64,000 nt of DNA from Balanoglossus misakiensis (lineage: Eukaryota > Animalia > Hemichordata), in assembly GCA_040954595.2 (NCBI GenBank), contig CM082598.2:1612001-1676000 (forward strand), given 5' to 3'. Positions 14,401 through 27,300 of this stretch are shown here, in pieces; positions within the stretch are counted from its first letter, which is position 1; each line of letters starts with the position of its first letter. The notes under the pieces were generated by a model that did not search any database, was not told the DNA's origin, and saw only the letters and a list, made by a program, of their open reading frames with translations. Both the position numbers and the translations under genes were made by a program.

Positions 14401-16830
14401 CATATAGGTATTATAAATCAACTGAACAGCTTCATGAACATTAAGACAATGATTTATTCCGACTGAAATACAGTAAATGAAACTTACATTTATTTGTCAG
14501 GTCATTGATAACTGCATTATGCTTCAAAGTTAATTCATTAAACTTTTCTGCTAATTCCTGGTATAAAAGCACAAAAACATGAGCGTTATTTTACATGAGA
14601 ACTTGGCCCAAGACATTTCAGTAGCCAGCAAGGGGCTGCTAAGTGAGTCTGGTAAATGTCAAATTCTCCAGATTGACTGTAAGTGTATCGAGACTAGTCT
14701 TACGAGGATTAGACAACTCTTATCAAACTTGATGTACTAGCACTCACTTTAAGGAAAGGGCTCACTAACCTCATACTGTTGTGATGTATCTTTGGTGGAT
14801 AGTTTCAATTCATCTCTGACGTCTTCACATATTGTCACTCTATCTTGCACCTTAGCCGTATGGTCTTTCAACAAGTTACACATCTCCCTAGTTGCATCAA
14901 TCCTACATTGATTGAGTAAATATGTGTTTAGTAAATAATGAATTTTGGACAGAGGTTCTAATCTTTACTGTAATGGCTTTGAATAGCAGCTGGAAGATTT
15001 ACTTCATGATTTTGATATGTTTACTTCAATCAAAACTTAACAGCTTACTTTTGTATTATTTCAACCCTGTTGTCCATTTCATCTTGGAGTTTGCCACTTA
15101 GATTTTCATTCTGTAGCTGAAAAAACATAAGAATTCATTTTACACCAGAGTCAAAGTGAGTACAAGAAAATCAGAAGTGAAGTTGATGTGAAGGGCAACA
15201 TATTTTTAGGAATTTTTATCACCAGACTTTGTCATGATTTAGTTCAGCCTGTGAATTACTGTATTTTAGTGAAACCACTTTAGTACCGTCATTCATACAA
15301 AGTGACAGGAAGGAGTTTCAGGAGTAGAGCCAGGGAAATGATTCTACAAGCTGCGTGCTTTATCTTGGTAGAAAATATTCTCTGTATCAATCAATCTTAA
15401 AATGCCAAAGCATCTGGTTATTAAAGTTCCGTCTCCTGTTGCTATCTGCAGCACAGATTGCAATAACATGTCCTCATGAAGTGTTACAAATGTTGCTTTA
15501 CCTGTGCAATCTTAGGAAATATCTTGCAGACATAAATGATAGCGCAGCAGGAAAAGGAAGGAAGGAACCTCCTTCACAGAAAACCAAAGAATTCAAAGCT
15601 CTTCCTCTCCTTTCTTGATATGGAGTATGTATGTATATTTGCCCAGACACATGTGTGGAGTGACTATGGTCCAGACTTACCTGTAATTCCAAAATTGATT
15701 TCCTTTGGGATTCTATAGTATGATGACAATCAGTTATTTTTTTATCCTATGGGTCAAAGAAATAGTAGTTTCATATGTGAGAGCAGTGTTGTGGTGTTGT
15801 TCAGTATTTTACATATGAATGATAAAGATATGTCCACAAATCAAACTCAATACCACTCTTAATAAAGTTTGCATTACGCAGAGATGTAACACGAGAAAAC
15901 AGAATATGAAGTTACCTTCTGTTTGATGTCAATTTCTACAGCAACTTTCCACTTTCTGATTTTTTCAGCTTCATGTTGTAACTTGGAGTGCAAGTTTGTT
16001 ATTTTTTCTGTTCCTAAACCCTGGGTTTGCTGTTGCTGGATCTGTGCTGGGCTGGCACTAACAGCATTGGTTGTAGCTCTTTGCCTGTTTTGTATGTTGA
16101 AATTGAAGGCACTCTGTGATGTACCGGTTCCATTTTGTGTCTGTGATGGCGTGAACTGAAAATTGATAAAGGGATTACGTAAATTTCATCAATAGTAATA
16201 CATCTATCACCTTCCTTCTTAAAACATATTTAGTTACGTGAAGAAACAACTTGTAATGTTATGCTGACAGTTATTGTCAAAGAAAAGCCAAAATGCAACA
16301 GGCTTATTTTGTCATGCAAGAAACACTCAGTATAATTGATGGAAAAATCATTATATGATCAGTTGTTGAAATATAGTCCACACAGCTAGATAGCAGTGTG
16401 TTTTTTGAAGCTCACTCTGACATTTACCATCACATTCCTGATGTGGAAACTGAAACGTCTTAGCGGTATCACTACCATTAATAAATGAATCTGACCACAA
16501 ATGTACTGATATGGGTGGATGAGTTTCACACTACAGGAAGTGGTTACAGGGTTGTGTTATTTGACTTATTTAAAGTGCTAATTCTTCACCTGGAACTAAA
16601 AGCTAAACTAAGCTAAAAAGCAAAACAATATTTCAAGATTATGGAGTACTTTTATAGCTCACCTGAAAAAGCGAAGTAGGGTTACTCGTGGATTCGATTG
16701 TTGTTTCTCTTGGGTTAACACCGAAAAAGCTTGAATTATTATTGGTGTTAGAATTCAGTGGTTTGAAGAATGGCTGTCTCTCTCTATGTTGGGTCTGCAT
16801 ACTTGCTTTCATGTAGTTATCCTCCAACAT
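5475..16830 (-). CDS. SYCP1: Synaptonemal complex protein 1 (transverse filament protein), multi-exon. First coding exon 16830-16663; last coding exon 5660-5475
   Basis: Spliced N-terminal exons give KITNLHSKLQHEAEKIRKWKVAVEIDIKQK-DKKITDCHHTIESQRKSILELQ-LQNENLSGKLQDEMDNRVEIIQK-IDATREMCNLLKDH. This matches the conserved SYCP1 alphaN region as I recall it (human LYSKLYKEAEKIKKWKV...QRKAIQELQFENEKVSLKL...ATRHLCNLLKE). Many short E/K/L/Q-rich coiled-coil exons follow, then a basic S/T-P-rich tail. Not every internal exon boundary was resolved. Confidence 0.9.
10620..10691. repeat. (GATT/GACT)n tetranucleotide microsatellite in a SYCP1 intron
   Basis: Directly visible tandem GACT/GATT units. Confidence 0.9.
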
Positions 16831-17099
16831 ATATTATGATATGACGCTCATGTCGTTTCCAATGACATCAACTACAAGTACAAAATACCCTTTTTTATAA
16901 AAATCTACCATGTATATACGTTATAACTTGTATATGAAAGCATTCTCGATGTGTCACATTACACAATCGTCAATATCATCATGTCCGATTCTAAATCATG
17001 TCATAATCGAGGTTCAGCACCGTAAACACTGACTATTTTGCAACACACAAGTTCAGACAGGGTACAAAAGCACCATTACTACTGAAAAGTCGCGATCTT

Positions 17100-18325
17100 A
17101 CTCACTATTTGATGATAAAAGTCTGCAGTTTTTCCAAATAGAGTACGAGAACGTAGGTATATACAAACGAAGGAAATGTCTCCGTCCTTAAGCTGACCCC
17201 TGTAACATGAATTTTTGATATCTCTTCAGATTTCCCTGAAACAAAAAGGCAATATTCAGATGACAGGGCGGAAACATTCATCAGCAGACGACAATTTTGG
17301 TCGTCTTTGATAACTTTTAACCAATCAACGAAGCGCTCCTGACGATGACATCATAAAAAATGTTACATAAAATATTATTGGGTAATGATTGGAACGCTAT
17401 ATCGTGGCCGTAGGAGGGGGGATACCCGCATGAAAGGTGGTGATTGATTTTTTACCAAATTGTTGAATTATTTCGTCTCCGTGTGATTGTACACTTGTAG
17501 AACCGCCCTCTTCCTGCGTTGGTCTCATCATAAACACACCCATTAAACAAACCCGCATACCGAAGCGTCGTTTGTTTTGCCCCGGGCGGAAGGTGGTGAA
17601 ATTCGAGAGCATATCTGTGCTATCTGATAGAATATAAAGAATTTACGCAAAAATGTCAAACTAGTCCGCAAGCCAAAAATAAATTATGAAAAAATAGTTT
17701 ATTTTCGTCTCAATCCACTCGATTTGGACAAAACCAAGTGGACAAAACCAATAGGGATGAAGTGTATCTGTTATGTTGTTAAAAAACTCTTGCTCGCCTA
17801 TGTTTTGGCATCAAATCATGGTAAAGCATGGTAATACTTTACTTTAAAAAGTTTTTCATGGTGCATTTTCCTGTCTGCCAATCGCCACGACCTTGAAATC
17901 AACGAGAGAGTGGGATACTCTGCCTAAGAAAATAGTTGCTTCTATTTGTTTCCGGTCTAAATTTAGTTTGCATTCAGTAACTAAAGAACTTGAGGAGGGA
18001 CAGGGATTTGATATAAATCCGAAATGAGAAAAACAGATAAACATAGATTAAACTTTTCAAGTAGTGTGATTTAATATCATTTTATCAACTAAATGATAAA
18101 AATTACATAAACCTGGAATTCTAAAAGAGGGCCCCACCCCATAAGGGTTCAACGCTTAAATCGAACACCCCTATACGAGAATGGAAGATGCTAAGTAGAT
18201 TGTCAACAAAAAGGCGAGAAATCGACAGACGTACTAACAACTATTGAACTCGAAAGACGCGTACACGCGACACAGATTAGCTGACTTCGGCGAGATTACC
18301 ATAGGCATAACTTCAAAACACAGCA
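17100..18325. promoter_or_regulatory. Divergent SYCP1/NELL intergenic promoter region
   Basis: The genes are head-to-head, ~1.5 kb between start codons. CCAAT at 17321, ATTGG at 17377 and 17388, CRE-like TGACATCA at ~17346, locally CpG-richer. Probable SYCP1 5'UTR exon donor (GTGAGT, minus strand) at 17105. Confidence 0.45.
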
Positions 18326-21300
18326 ATGGCAAGTCACAGAAACGGAACACTGGCATTCCTTGTGTCGATCTCAGTCATACTTAATGCAGTTGTTATGAAC
18401 GGTAAGCGCTTAAAGTTCTTGATCAGTTTCACACCCGCATTGTGTACCATTGTGATGTTGTCGATTTCATTATTATGTTAATTGCTTGTGAACGCAAATC
18501 TTTACGCTAGTATCCTAAGTGTTCCTACACTATGGGTTGCTGAGATCTCAGCGAAAATAACAGGAACTAGTCGGTCCTTCTCTGATCGTTGACTGATACA
18601 AGCGAAACGCTTGTGGAGGCCGAAATTGTGACAAGGGCATCTATATTTCAGACGCGGTACACTAAAGACATGAACATAATTGTTTGTTTACCAACCATTT
18701 GTATATTTTTAACTCATTCAAAATTATGACAATATTGCTAGCCCAACAAAGAATTTACTGAAGGTGTGACATTAAAATATATTATTACAAAAAACTTACA
18801 GAAAGTATTTTTCGTTGGGGAAAATAATCTGGTAGAATTGTAAAAATGCAAACTTTTCATATTTAAAGATTTTAAACTTTGAAGAAATTTTATGTTGCTG
18901 TCTTTTCTATGGGTGCTTCTCTTTTAAGTTATTTTTAATGCTGCACCAAATAGTATAAATTGGGCCAAATAGCATAGTAAATAAAACTAAGACTCTTAAT
19001 AAATTATTAACTATTCTTTTAATTTCATGTCATCTAATTTCGGCCATCAAAATGGGGTGAGACCTGTCATTATCACAGTATGTGGTTTTAAGTTAAATTT
19101 CAAACCAAGGTGGTTTTGAAATGCGAGACATTTCACAGTGGTTACAAGCATGCTGATCAAATCAGATCATAAATAGATCTGATGTCATATTTAAGAATTG
19201 AAAAATCATCTCTGTACTAAGGCGTCAATTCTGCGTGCTTGTCATTGTATTAGCGCCAGTGAGATTTTATTAGGATCATCAGATAGACCACTACCATTAC
19301 AGAGCCATGTGTAGCCAATCTTTCAACAGTACCGTAAATCGCCACTAATATCTAATGTGACACGTATTAATATTTTCATGATATTACTGCCCATTGTTCA
19401 GAGGTCAAGGAACAGTCTTCATATTTCTCAGTAAATCTTATGAGTCTTCTACTATATCAGCATAAAGTGACTTTTTTTTTTTTTTCAATTTTTATTCCAT
19501 TAGTGATCTTGGCTTGTATTGATCTGTCAGCACTGATGAAAATGTTAATCAGTTTTAGTAAATGTCTGTAGGTCGGGTCTCATTGTGGAACGAAGAAGAG
19601 GTGAAAAACGTGACTAGGTCATGATAAAGTGAAAATCCATTGGTTTTAATTATGCCATTAGCTGTGCCTGGTATTGTGTGTGTGTGTGTGGTGGAAAGTG
19701 TAAAAATGATCTCCATTATAGAGAGTTATCTCTCACACTCAGATTGATCTCTCTCCTCATTCCTCTCTTGATCATTCTTCACTTCACAGCTTAATTTCTC
19801 AAAACTCTGTGTGAGGCCTTGGCTATAACAAAAGGGAAAGTGAGATTTTTAAAGTTGAAAATTTCATTTTCATGTTGAAGTGTGTTATATGTAATATTTT
19901 GAAAGTTCTCTGAAAAAAGTCAGCAAACTCATATATCTAATCTAGGACAATGTATAGCATAGTATTAAACACTCAGTAAATAAGGAGGAAGAAATTCTTT
20001 TAAATTTTGTTGTCCCATAAATTGCATATTATAAATAATATGTTCTTGGAGAACTAGTTGTGATTTTTGCTAGATATATATAAATTGTTTTATTCTCTTA
20101 TCTGTGTTTTGTAATGAAATTTGATGTTATCGTTTTGTTAATCTAAAGCTGTGGTTAACAAAAGGAATGTTATGTTGTTGTACTATATGTTTATCTTTGC
20201 CTTGGCTTGCAGCTATGTAGACTACAGTCTCTGATCAAAACAGTCTAGTTTATATATTCTGGCACCAGTTTGCTCAGCTCCTCCAGACAAGTTGTGTTCA
20301 ATTGACCATGGAGAACTTCAAGTTTAACCCTGAGTGTGGTATAAGACCTGTGGGTGGTTTGGGGAGAGAACTAGTTCGATCTAGATCTTAGTCGGGGATG
20401 GCATTCGGAAGGAGCCTATACTCAGATTCTAGACTATCCTGTTGTATATACAGTACACTAAGAATGCACTAGACTAGACTGTAGTAGACTTTGTATATGA
20501 GCGGATGTGAAGATTCCAGGGTGTATTGTGTGAATGAAGTTGTTGTGACCCAAAGCGTAGATCAGTTTTGAAACCCCAGCGCATCGCTGGATGAACTTCG
20601 TCGGCCTTTACAAAGACACGGCAGTTGTTCAGTAGGAACGTGAATCGACATCAAATGAATGGATTTCGTTCACACAATCAGAGGATTCAACTGTCCGCTA
20701 TGATGTGGTATTTGTCTACACAAAGACTCAGTTAGTCTGAAAATTCAGGGAAAAAGAGAACCATATTTATTTGGGAGACAAAAGTGTGTGATCACTATTA
20801 AGTGATAATGTTATCAGCTACATGCATCTTATAATAATTGATTTTCTTACAGTGCCAGGAATGCGAAACTAATCAGATTTCCATGATGCCAACAATCAGG
20901 AAAATGTCTCATTATCGAATCAGTGTTTTGTGTCTTGGACGTGTAAAAAAAAATAAAAGTGATTTCTCTTTAAGCTAAGAGTAAAATTTAGTCCACACCC
21001 AGGTACAGTAGATGGCCAGGTCACATTGCTTCATTTGTCTCTTGTGAAGTGTGTTCATATCAGACAGTGTGTGTACATTTGTGATTGTTTGTGATTGGTG
21101 ACATATTGTACAATAATAAATAGTGGGCTCTAGAGTTTATTCAGCACCTATCAGATCTACCACACCTTATCTGCAATGACATTCCTTGGAGTCTTTTCCG
21201 AAACCCACACAGATTTACAAGTGGTTCCATCTCCCAGTGATTTATTCCAGACCTGTCTTCCGGTGTGCGGTCAAGGAAAAGTGTGGACATGTGGAATTCA

Positions 21301-24300
21301 TTGTGGTCTGGCTTAGCACAGCTTGGCTTTTACAGTATATCTACCTTTATCACGGCAGGGTCATTTGAGATCACTACTGTGGAACGTTTAAATCTACGCT
21401 TGCAAAGTTTTCAGTGCAAAGGAATGTTACTCAGGCTATGCTTGTTGGAAGTTCAGAATTTACACAGCTGGAATTTGCGAATCAAAATGTCTTGCTTTTT
21501 AGACAGCGGTACTTTACACACCACTATACAAAGTGTTTCCGGAATACAGGTAGCCGTAACACCTCCACAGAGGTGCAGCCACGCATTGCATCCCGGAAGA
21601 CCAACCCTAACCATAACATGAGTGTCTTTTATATACATTGTTATTGTTGGTCTGTCTTTCTGTGTTATACAAAATAACTATTTGGTCAGGATGGTTGGGA
21701 CAACCCAAACACAACACACCTGTTCGACGGTATTTGGATTTCAAAACTGCGATGAATACTGCACCTGCTTATAATATTGCTAAAGCTACATGTTATTCCG
21801 CAACATTTAATTCGAGCTATCCAAATTTGTTGTACCACACCCCTCCAAGTGCTAAATAAATCAGGACATATACTCTGTACATTCATACATACATGTACAT
21901 GTGCACACATACAGACAGACAGACAGACACATACTGTGTTTTCATGTGTTATTCTTATTTGGCAACTTGGGAGATATCTTTTTTCTATGAATGTCTACAG
22001 TTATCAAACAAGGTCAAGGTAATTGTCGAGGACACTTCCAACTAACTTTGACACCACATAGACACTTCAGCCCACGTGTCTAGTCAGCAACTATCGTAGT
22101 CTTAACTCTTTTGTTGTTTACAAAACATTTATTGACTGGGCTAGGACCGGTCACTTGGTGGTCTATAGTATAAAAATATTTTGCGAGGATTGTGATTATC
22201 TTTTTCACTTTTGAAAGCATTTGGAAGGTAACAGACATTGGAAAGGATTTATAATAATATCTAATCAGATATCCATTATCTTATGATTGTGCAATAAAAA
22301 AGTACAGTCAAACCTGTGTTATTTCCACTCTATATAGCAGAAACTTGTCTATGGTGGCCACTTTGTAAAGGCCAGTTTCAGAAAGTCCCTTGATTGGCCG
22401 CTATAGCCTATAGACAGGTTTGACTTAATTATTATGGATCGATATTCCAAGCAAGTCGTATTTGTCATATTGGCCAATTATGTCGAAGTAAGCAGGTATT
22501 ATTGGTTCTCATGACATTCCAGATATCATTGTCAGTTTTGGGTGTGACAAAAGATTGACTGGAAGTACTTACACCAAGATTGACGGGCTTTGTGTCCTCA
22601 GACATTGACGACAAATTCCCTGCTGTCTTTTATAGCCGCCCAGTGACAATCTAATAATAAACCCAAGTGTGTGTGAATTCGCCCATGGCCAATTATTTCA
22701 TTTGTAAGTGGTAATTGCTGGTTTTACTTCCGAATTCTTGGCTACCAGTCTGTGGGTTTGAAGATTTGTCTTTCCGTCTTAAAGAAGTCGTCTTGTGAAT
22801 CACGGAATATGCCACTTTTCAAAAGTGTATTTCTTGAAGATATGTACTTTTCATTCCTTTCATTATAACCTGAGAAAGTATCAGTATGTTGCGGGTAGTG
22901 GAAACTATATAGGGTTGTACCAAATTATGGCATGACAGGGTGAAATCCAGAAATTCAAAACCTCTTCCGTCAATCATTGCTCTGTGATTTCCAACGCAAA
23001 CACGTGGACGAACAGCTACTGTTGTGCATTGCTGATACCCTGGCATACAGCCAGGAACCGACGCCAGTTCTGCCGGTCCCCTCGTCCGGAATCAATCATC
23101 TTTCCGTCTCTTCCGCTGCACTGGCACCAGTCTTGAGAATATCCAAAACTTTATTTTGACACGGATGATGCCTTTTGTGATCAGATTAATCTGCTGGGGG
23201 TGAAAGAGGATAGCAGAGTGACCAGCCTGCACGCTGTGTGTCGTGTTGTTACATTTAATATCTGAAACCACAGAACTCCCAGTCCTGCGTTGCACTCATT
23301 ACTTCCACTACAATTTGCAGTTCATAAAACGATAAGAAAACCACTCCTAAATCAGTATTTGGTCACTTAGAATTTAGTTTCTTTTGATAACTTATCTATA
23401 TTGTTCTGTTCAATGAAATAGTACTCGATAAGTGGTTGTCACAACTCACCTCACCCTGTATATATATGGATGTAATCTGAGTACTATAGAACAGTTTTTG
23501 GTACAAAATGATCGAAATATTCACATGTTCTGTTCATACAGAGTGTGAGTCAAATTGTGACATTTGGCCACTGGGGAAATTTCAGTGAGATGAACAACAT
23601 GAATAAAGCATCAAAAGAAACAGAAATGATGTCAAAAGGCGACTCTTTAAGAAAAGTTCTGTCAAAATGTGTCAAGGATATACTGACGTTGCATTCCGTG
23701 AAATCATTGGAGTGATGGACGACAGAAGGACACGAATGACATCATACGATGATTCTCAAATTTCAAGTCACGGGTTGTTGTAACCTTTTTCGTTCCATTT
23801 CTTCAGACTGTTTGACAGTGGTGAGTTGGTTACAAGCCCTGTGATATGTCCCTTGACAAGACAATGTCAAAAGTCACGAAAGTTAGCCTTTAAAAAGGGT
23901 AAACATGGTTTTAAGATTATTTATTGTGCGTGAATGGTAACCAAAGATGATTGTGAAAACGTTGATCTGACGTTTCACATGTTCATAAAAAATTGTACTA
24001 TTCAGTATTTCTACTATGAAACATGAACATCCAGGTTTTGTATTAAACCTTCCTATCGCCTAGTAATTAACGTCCACTGCTGAAACGTTTAAAATAAGCA
24101 CACCCACTCTCAAAATCTGATCACGGACAGTGTTGTATTACTGGGTGCACAGTATGTTGCTGACGCAAGCGCTCACCATGTTGTATCATGTGTTGTATTA
24201 TCGCCACGGCGATCATGCTGGTCCGAAATCGCCTCCCAGGTTGTCTCATTTCTATTATCTGTCCCTGGAAGCGAAAACGCAGACGACAGATCTAAACAGA

Positions 24301-27300
24301 GACGGTAAAACAATAGCCGTGATTCCGAAAGTGGTCTCCTTCGCTGGGGGTTTCCCAAACATGTGCACCAGGATACGTTTGCATAGTTTGCTGTCAGTGT
24401 TTCAGATATTTGGGTGTTTTCCTGTCGTCGTGGTTTTCCTTGTTTCAACCACAGCACTGCCATGGATGTAACACACACTGTTGTTTTTGTAGTATAACAC
24501 TCTTACACATGGAAAGATTGACCTTGTCTAATCTATGATATTTTTTCAGGGTCTTCTTCCTGCCAAATTTAAATATTTTTCGGGTCAAATTAACTAATAA
24601 TCGGAAAATGTTGAACCAGTACAGCTCTTGACAGTGTATGTATTTATGCCCATCTTTCTGTCTGTCCATCCACTGCAAAAGCTTGAGAACTGCTGCCTGT
24701 ATATGAACTGATACAAATATTGTCACACTTGAATGTGATAGTTCCAATCAAATGGGAGCACAGTGTCTTTGACACTATTTTTCAAGGTTGGCAGAATGCA
24801 AACACCTGACTAGAGATTGATGTACCACAGAAGTCAATGAAAACGCTCAACATTATCGGTCAACACTTGAGAGCTCCAGGCAAAGGGAGTGAGTTGTCCC
24901 TCTGGGAATAAAAATCGTAAAATGGCCGTAAAACGTCGAATAATGAGATAATCACTATTAAAGTGGGTGGATTGGGTGGGGGACACTGTTGGTTCCTTTT
25001 GTGCATTATGACCCTATGCATTGACGTTTGCGTAATATGAGAATATCTTTGTCAGGTTGACCTGAAGCGTGACAAGTTCACCGAACTTTTACCTTCCAAA
25101 TGGAGTTGGTGTGAACTGAAAGTAGATAAAAGATTTACAACATCTGAATGAATGTGTATGACCTCTGCTTGTTCATTTGTACCTCTCCATCCAAATCAGA
25201 ATCACATTTTTACATTACAGCAGTTTTTGCCTTTTCAGATGTTGCCCAGTTTAATTAAAGGAAAGCAACATAATTGTTTCAGTATCTTTGTTCTGGTTCT
25301 CAAATATTTTCTTGTTCCATTCCCTATTGCCATGCTTGACTTTCCAGTACATTTACATTGCCTGCATGTCAACACCATGTATATTCAAATTTGAACGATG
25401 ACAGTGCTGTCTGTATATATACACAAGACACAGGGCATTTTATATCATGCTTCAGTGAGTTGAACAAGAAACTTCTTGATTATACCCAGAGCAGAACTAA
25501 TCAAGCTTAATTGATTGATCTTACAGCAATATTCTGAGTAATTGAATTAGTGGAAATGTCTGAGGAAATCTCCAATGACTAATTGATGAACAGTGACATG
25601 TAATCATGTGGCGCGATTTCAAGTAATTGTCTGTCTTCTCTGACTGATGATGGCACAGCTGTGTTATAACAAGTGTCTTGTCAAAAACCGCCCCAAATTC
25701 CCAGAAATATTCTTGGGTTTAAGAGGGCAGATGACAGCATCACTTGCATAAGGAGAAATTGAAATACAGGATCGAATCCAGCGGATCTCGAGACGTGACT
25801 CAACTATCACTGCATATCATCAAGGATTTGTAAGCAGGCCCCCTGAATGAAATCAAGTCTTGACCTTTTGATCTATGCAGTGTCTAGGGGACTTGTGACT
25901 AATTTTATCTGATCTTGAAACTGTAAATAAAAAAGTGATCGTTTCCTATGGCAGGTTTTCTACGTTGAATGCGCTTGTGGTTTTTAGTAAGATTTACAGC
26001 ATTGCCCCCCTGCCGTAGCTGTTACAGATTTAACCATAGTACGTGTGTATTTCTGTTCAACCCAATCCACTGTTTTGCAGGGGAAAGTACATGTTTATAT
26101 TCAAAATCGCCCACATTTATTTCCTATGTATATTTAATACAGGGTGGAATTATTCAGAGTATATACTAAAGTCAGATATGCCATGTGTAAAACATCATTG
26201 TATTTAAAACTCATCTAATTCTGTAAACATCCAGCTAGGCTGGTCTACCTATAATTGTGTACAAGGGTTGATCGTCAACACATGGCAGTGAAGTTCATAA
26301 ACACATTAAGGGTCAGACCATTTACTAATGGGGGGGGGGAAGCATTGGAGAAAATGGGTTCAAGATTGACTTGCGAGCTCAGCATAGTAATAGCTAAGCA
26401 ATAGATACTTCACCCTACTCAGTTATAAATAATTAAACCCTGAAAGTCGATTGGTCTCTTCTACTTAGTAAGTCTGGTCCAAGGAGATTATCTGTGTCAT
26501 CTCTAGTCTTGACCTCCTGATGACATTGACATTTTAAAGACAACGTTATCTTCCACGGAATTGATACTTCTCGGAGTCGATTAAATGACTAATTTCTGAT
26601 GAAGACGTTTTAGCGATAAACACAGGATATGCAGCGTATACCCAGAAATCAACAACAACTTCACAATTCTTGAATCTGGCTGGAATATTGCCAACTTGCA
26701 AGTGCCCTTTGATTAATAATGCAAGATGAACCAAAAACTACGTGCTTGATGTGTTGTACCTTCCATTACTAGGTTGTCTGGATCCATGCTTTATATGGAA
26801 ATGTTGTGTGAACTAGCACATTGCCAATATTTGACAAGCATGCACCATAATCCATCATACCCATGTCTAATTCCCTTCTGATATAACTCATTTATTCTTC
26901 ATTGTGTTGTGTTTAATCTGACAGTGAATGGATATGGCATTGATGACAGACTGGAGATTAATCTATTAGAGTCGTTACTGATAACAGATAGAATGGAAGA
27001 CGTTATGCAGGTTCCTGGAGTTCACGGAAGATCACCTGCTTTCTTATTGCAAGGTAAGAACCTGATTGGTCAATTGCTGATATATTTGCATATTAAAATC
27101 CTGGTGGATGCTGATTGGAGCACGCAAATGAAAAAGATAATAAGAGAAAATTCAGTTAGACCCCTGTTCATATATGACAGTATACTCAATGTACCTGTCG
27201 TACACTTGAATAGTGAATTTACAAGGAACTGACCAATTAAAAAAGAGCTTAAAAGATGGCTGTACGCAAGGAACTGATCAATTAAAAATTAGCTTACAAG

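Noticed and set aside
25765-25790. B-box-like GGATCGAATCC suggesting a tRNA or SINE
   Set aside because: No A-box or cloverleaf could be folded around it
18402-26924. Nested gene in the 8.5-kb NELL intron 1 (ORFs at 21265, 24130, etc.)
   Set aside because: Short ORFs with no domain similarity and no consistent exon chain that I could build
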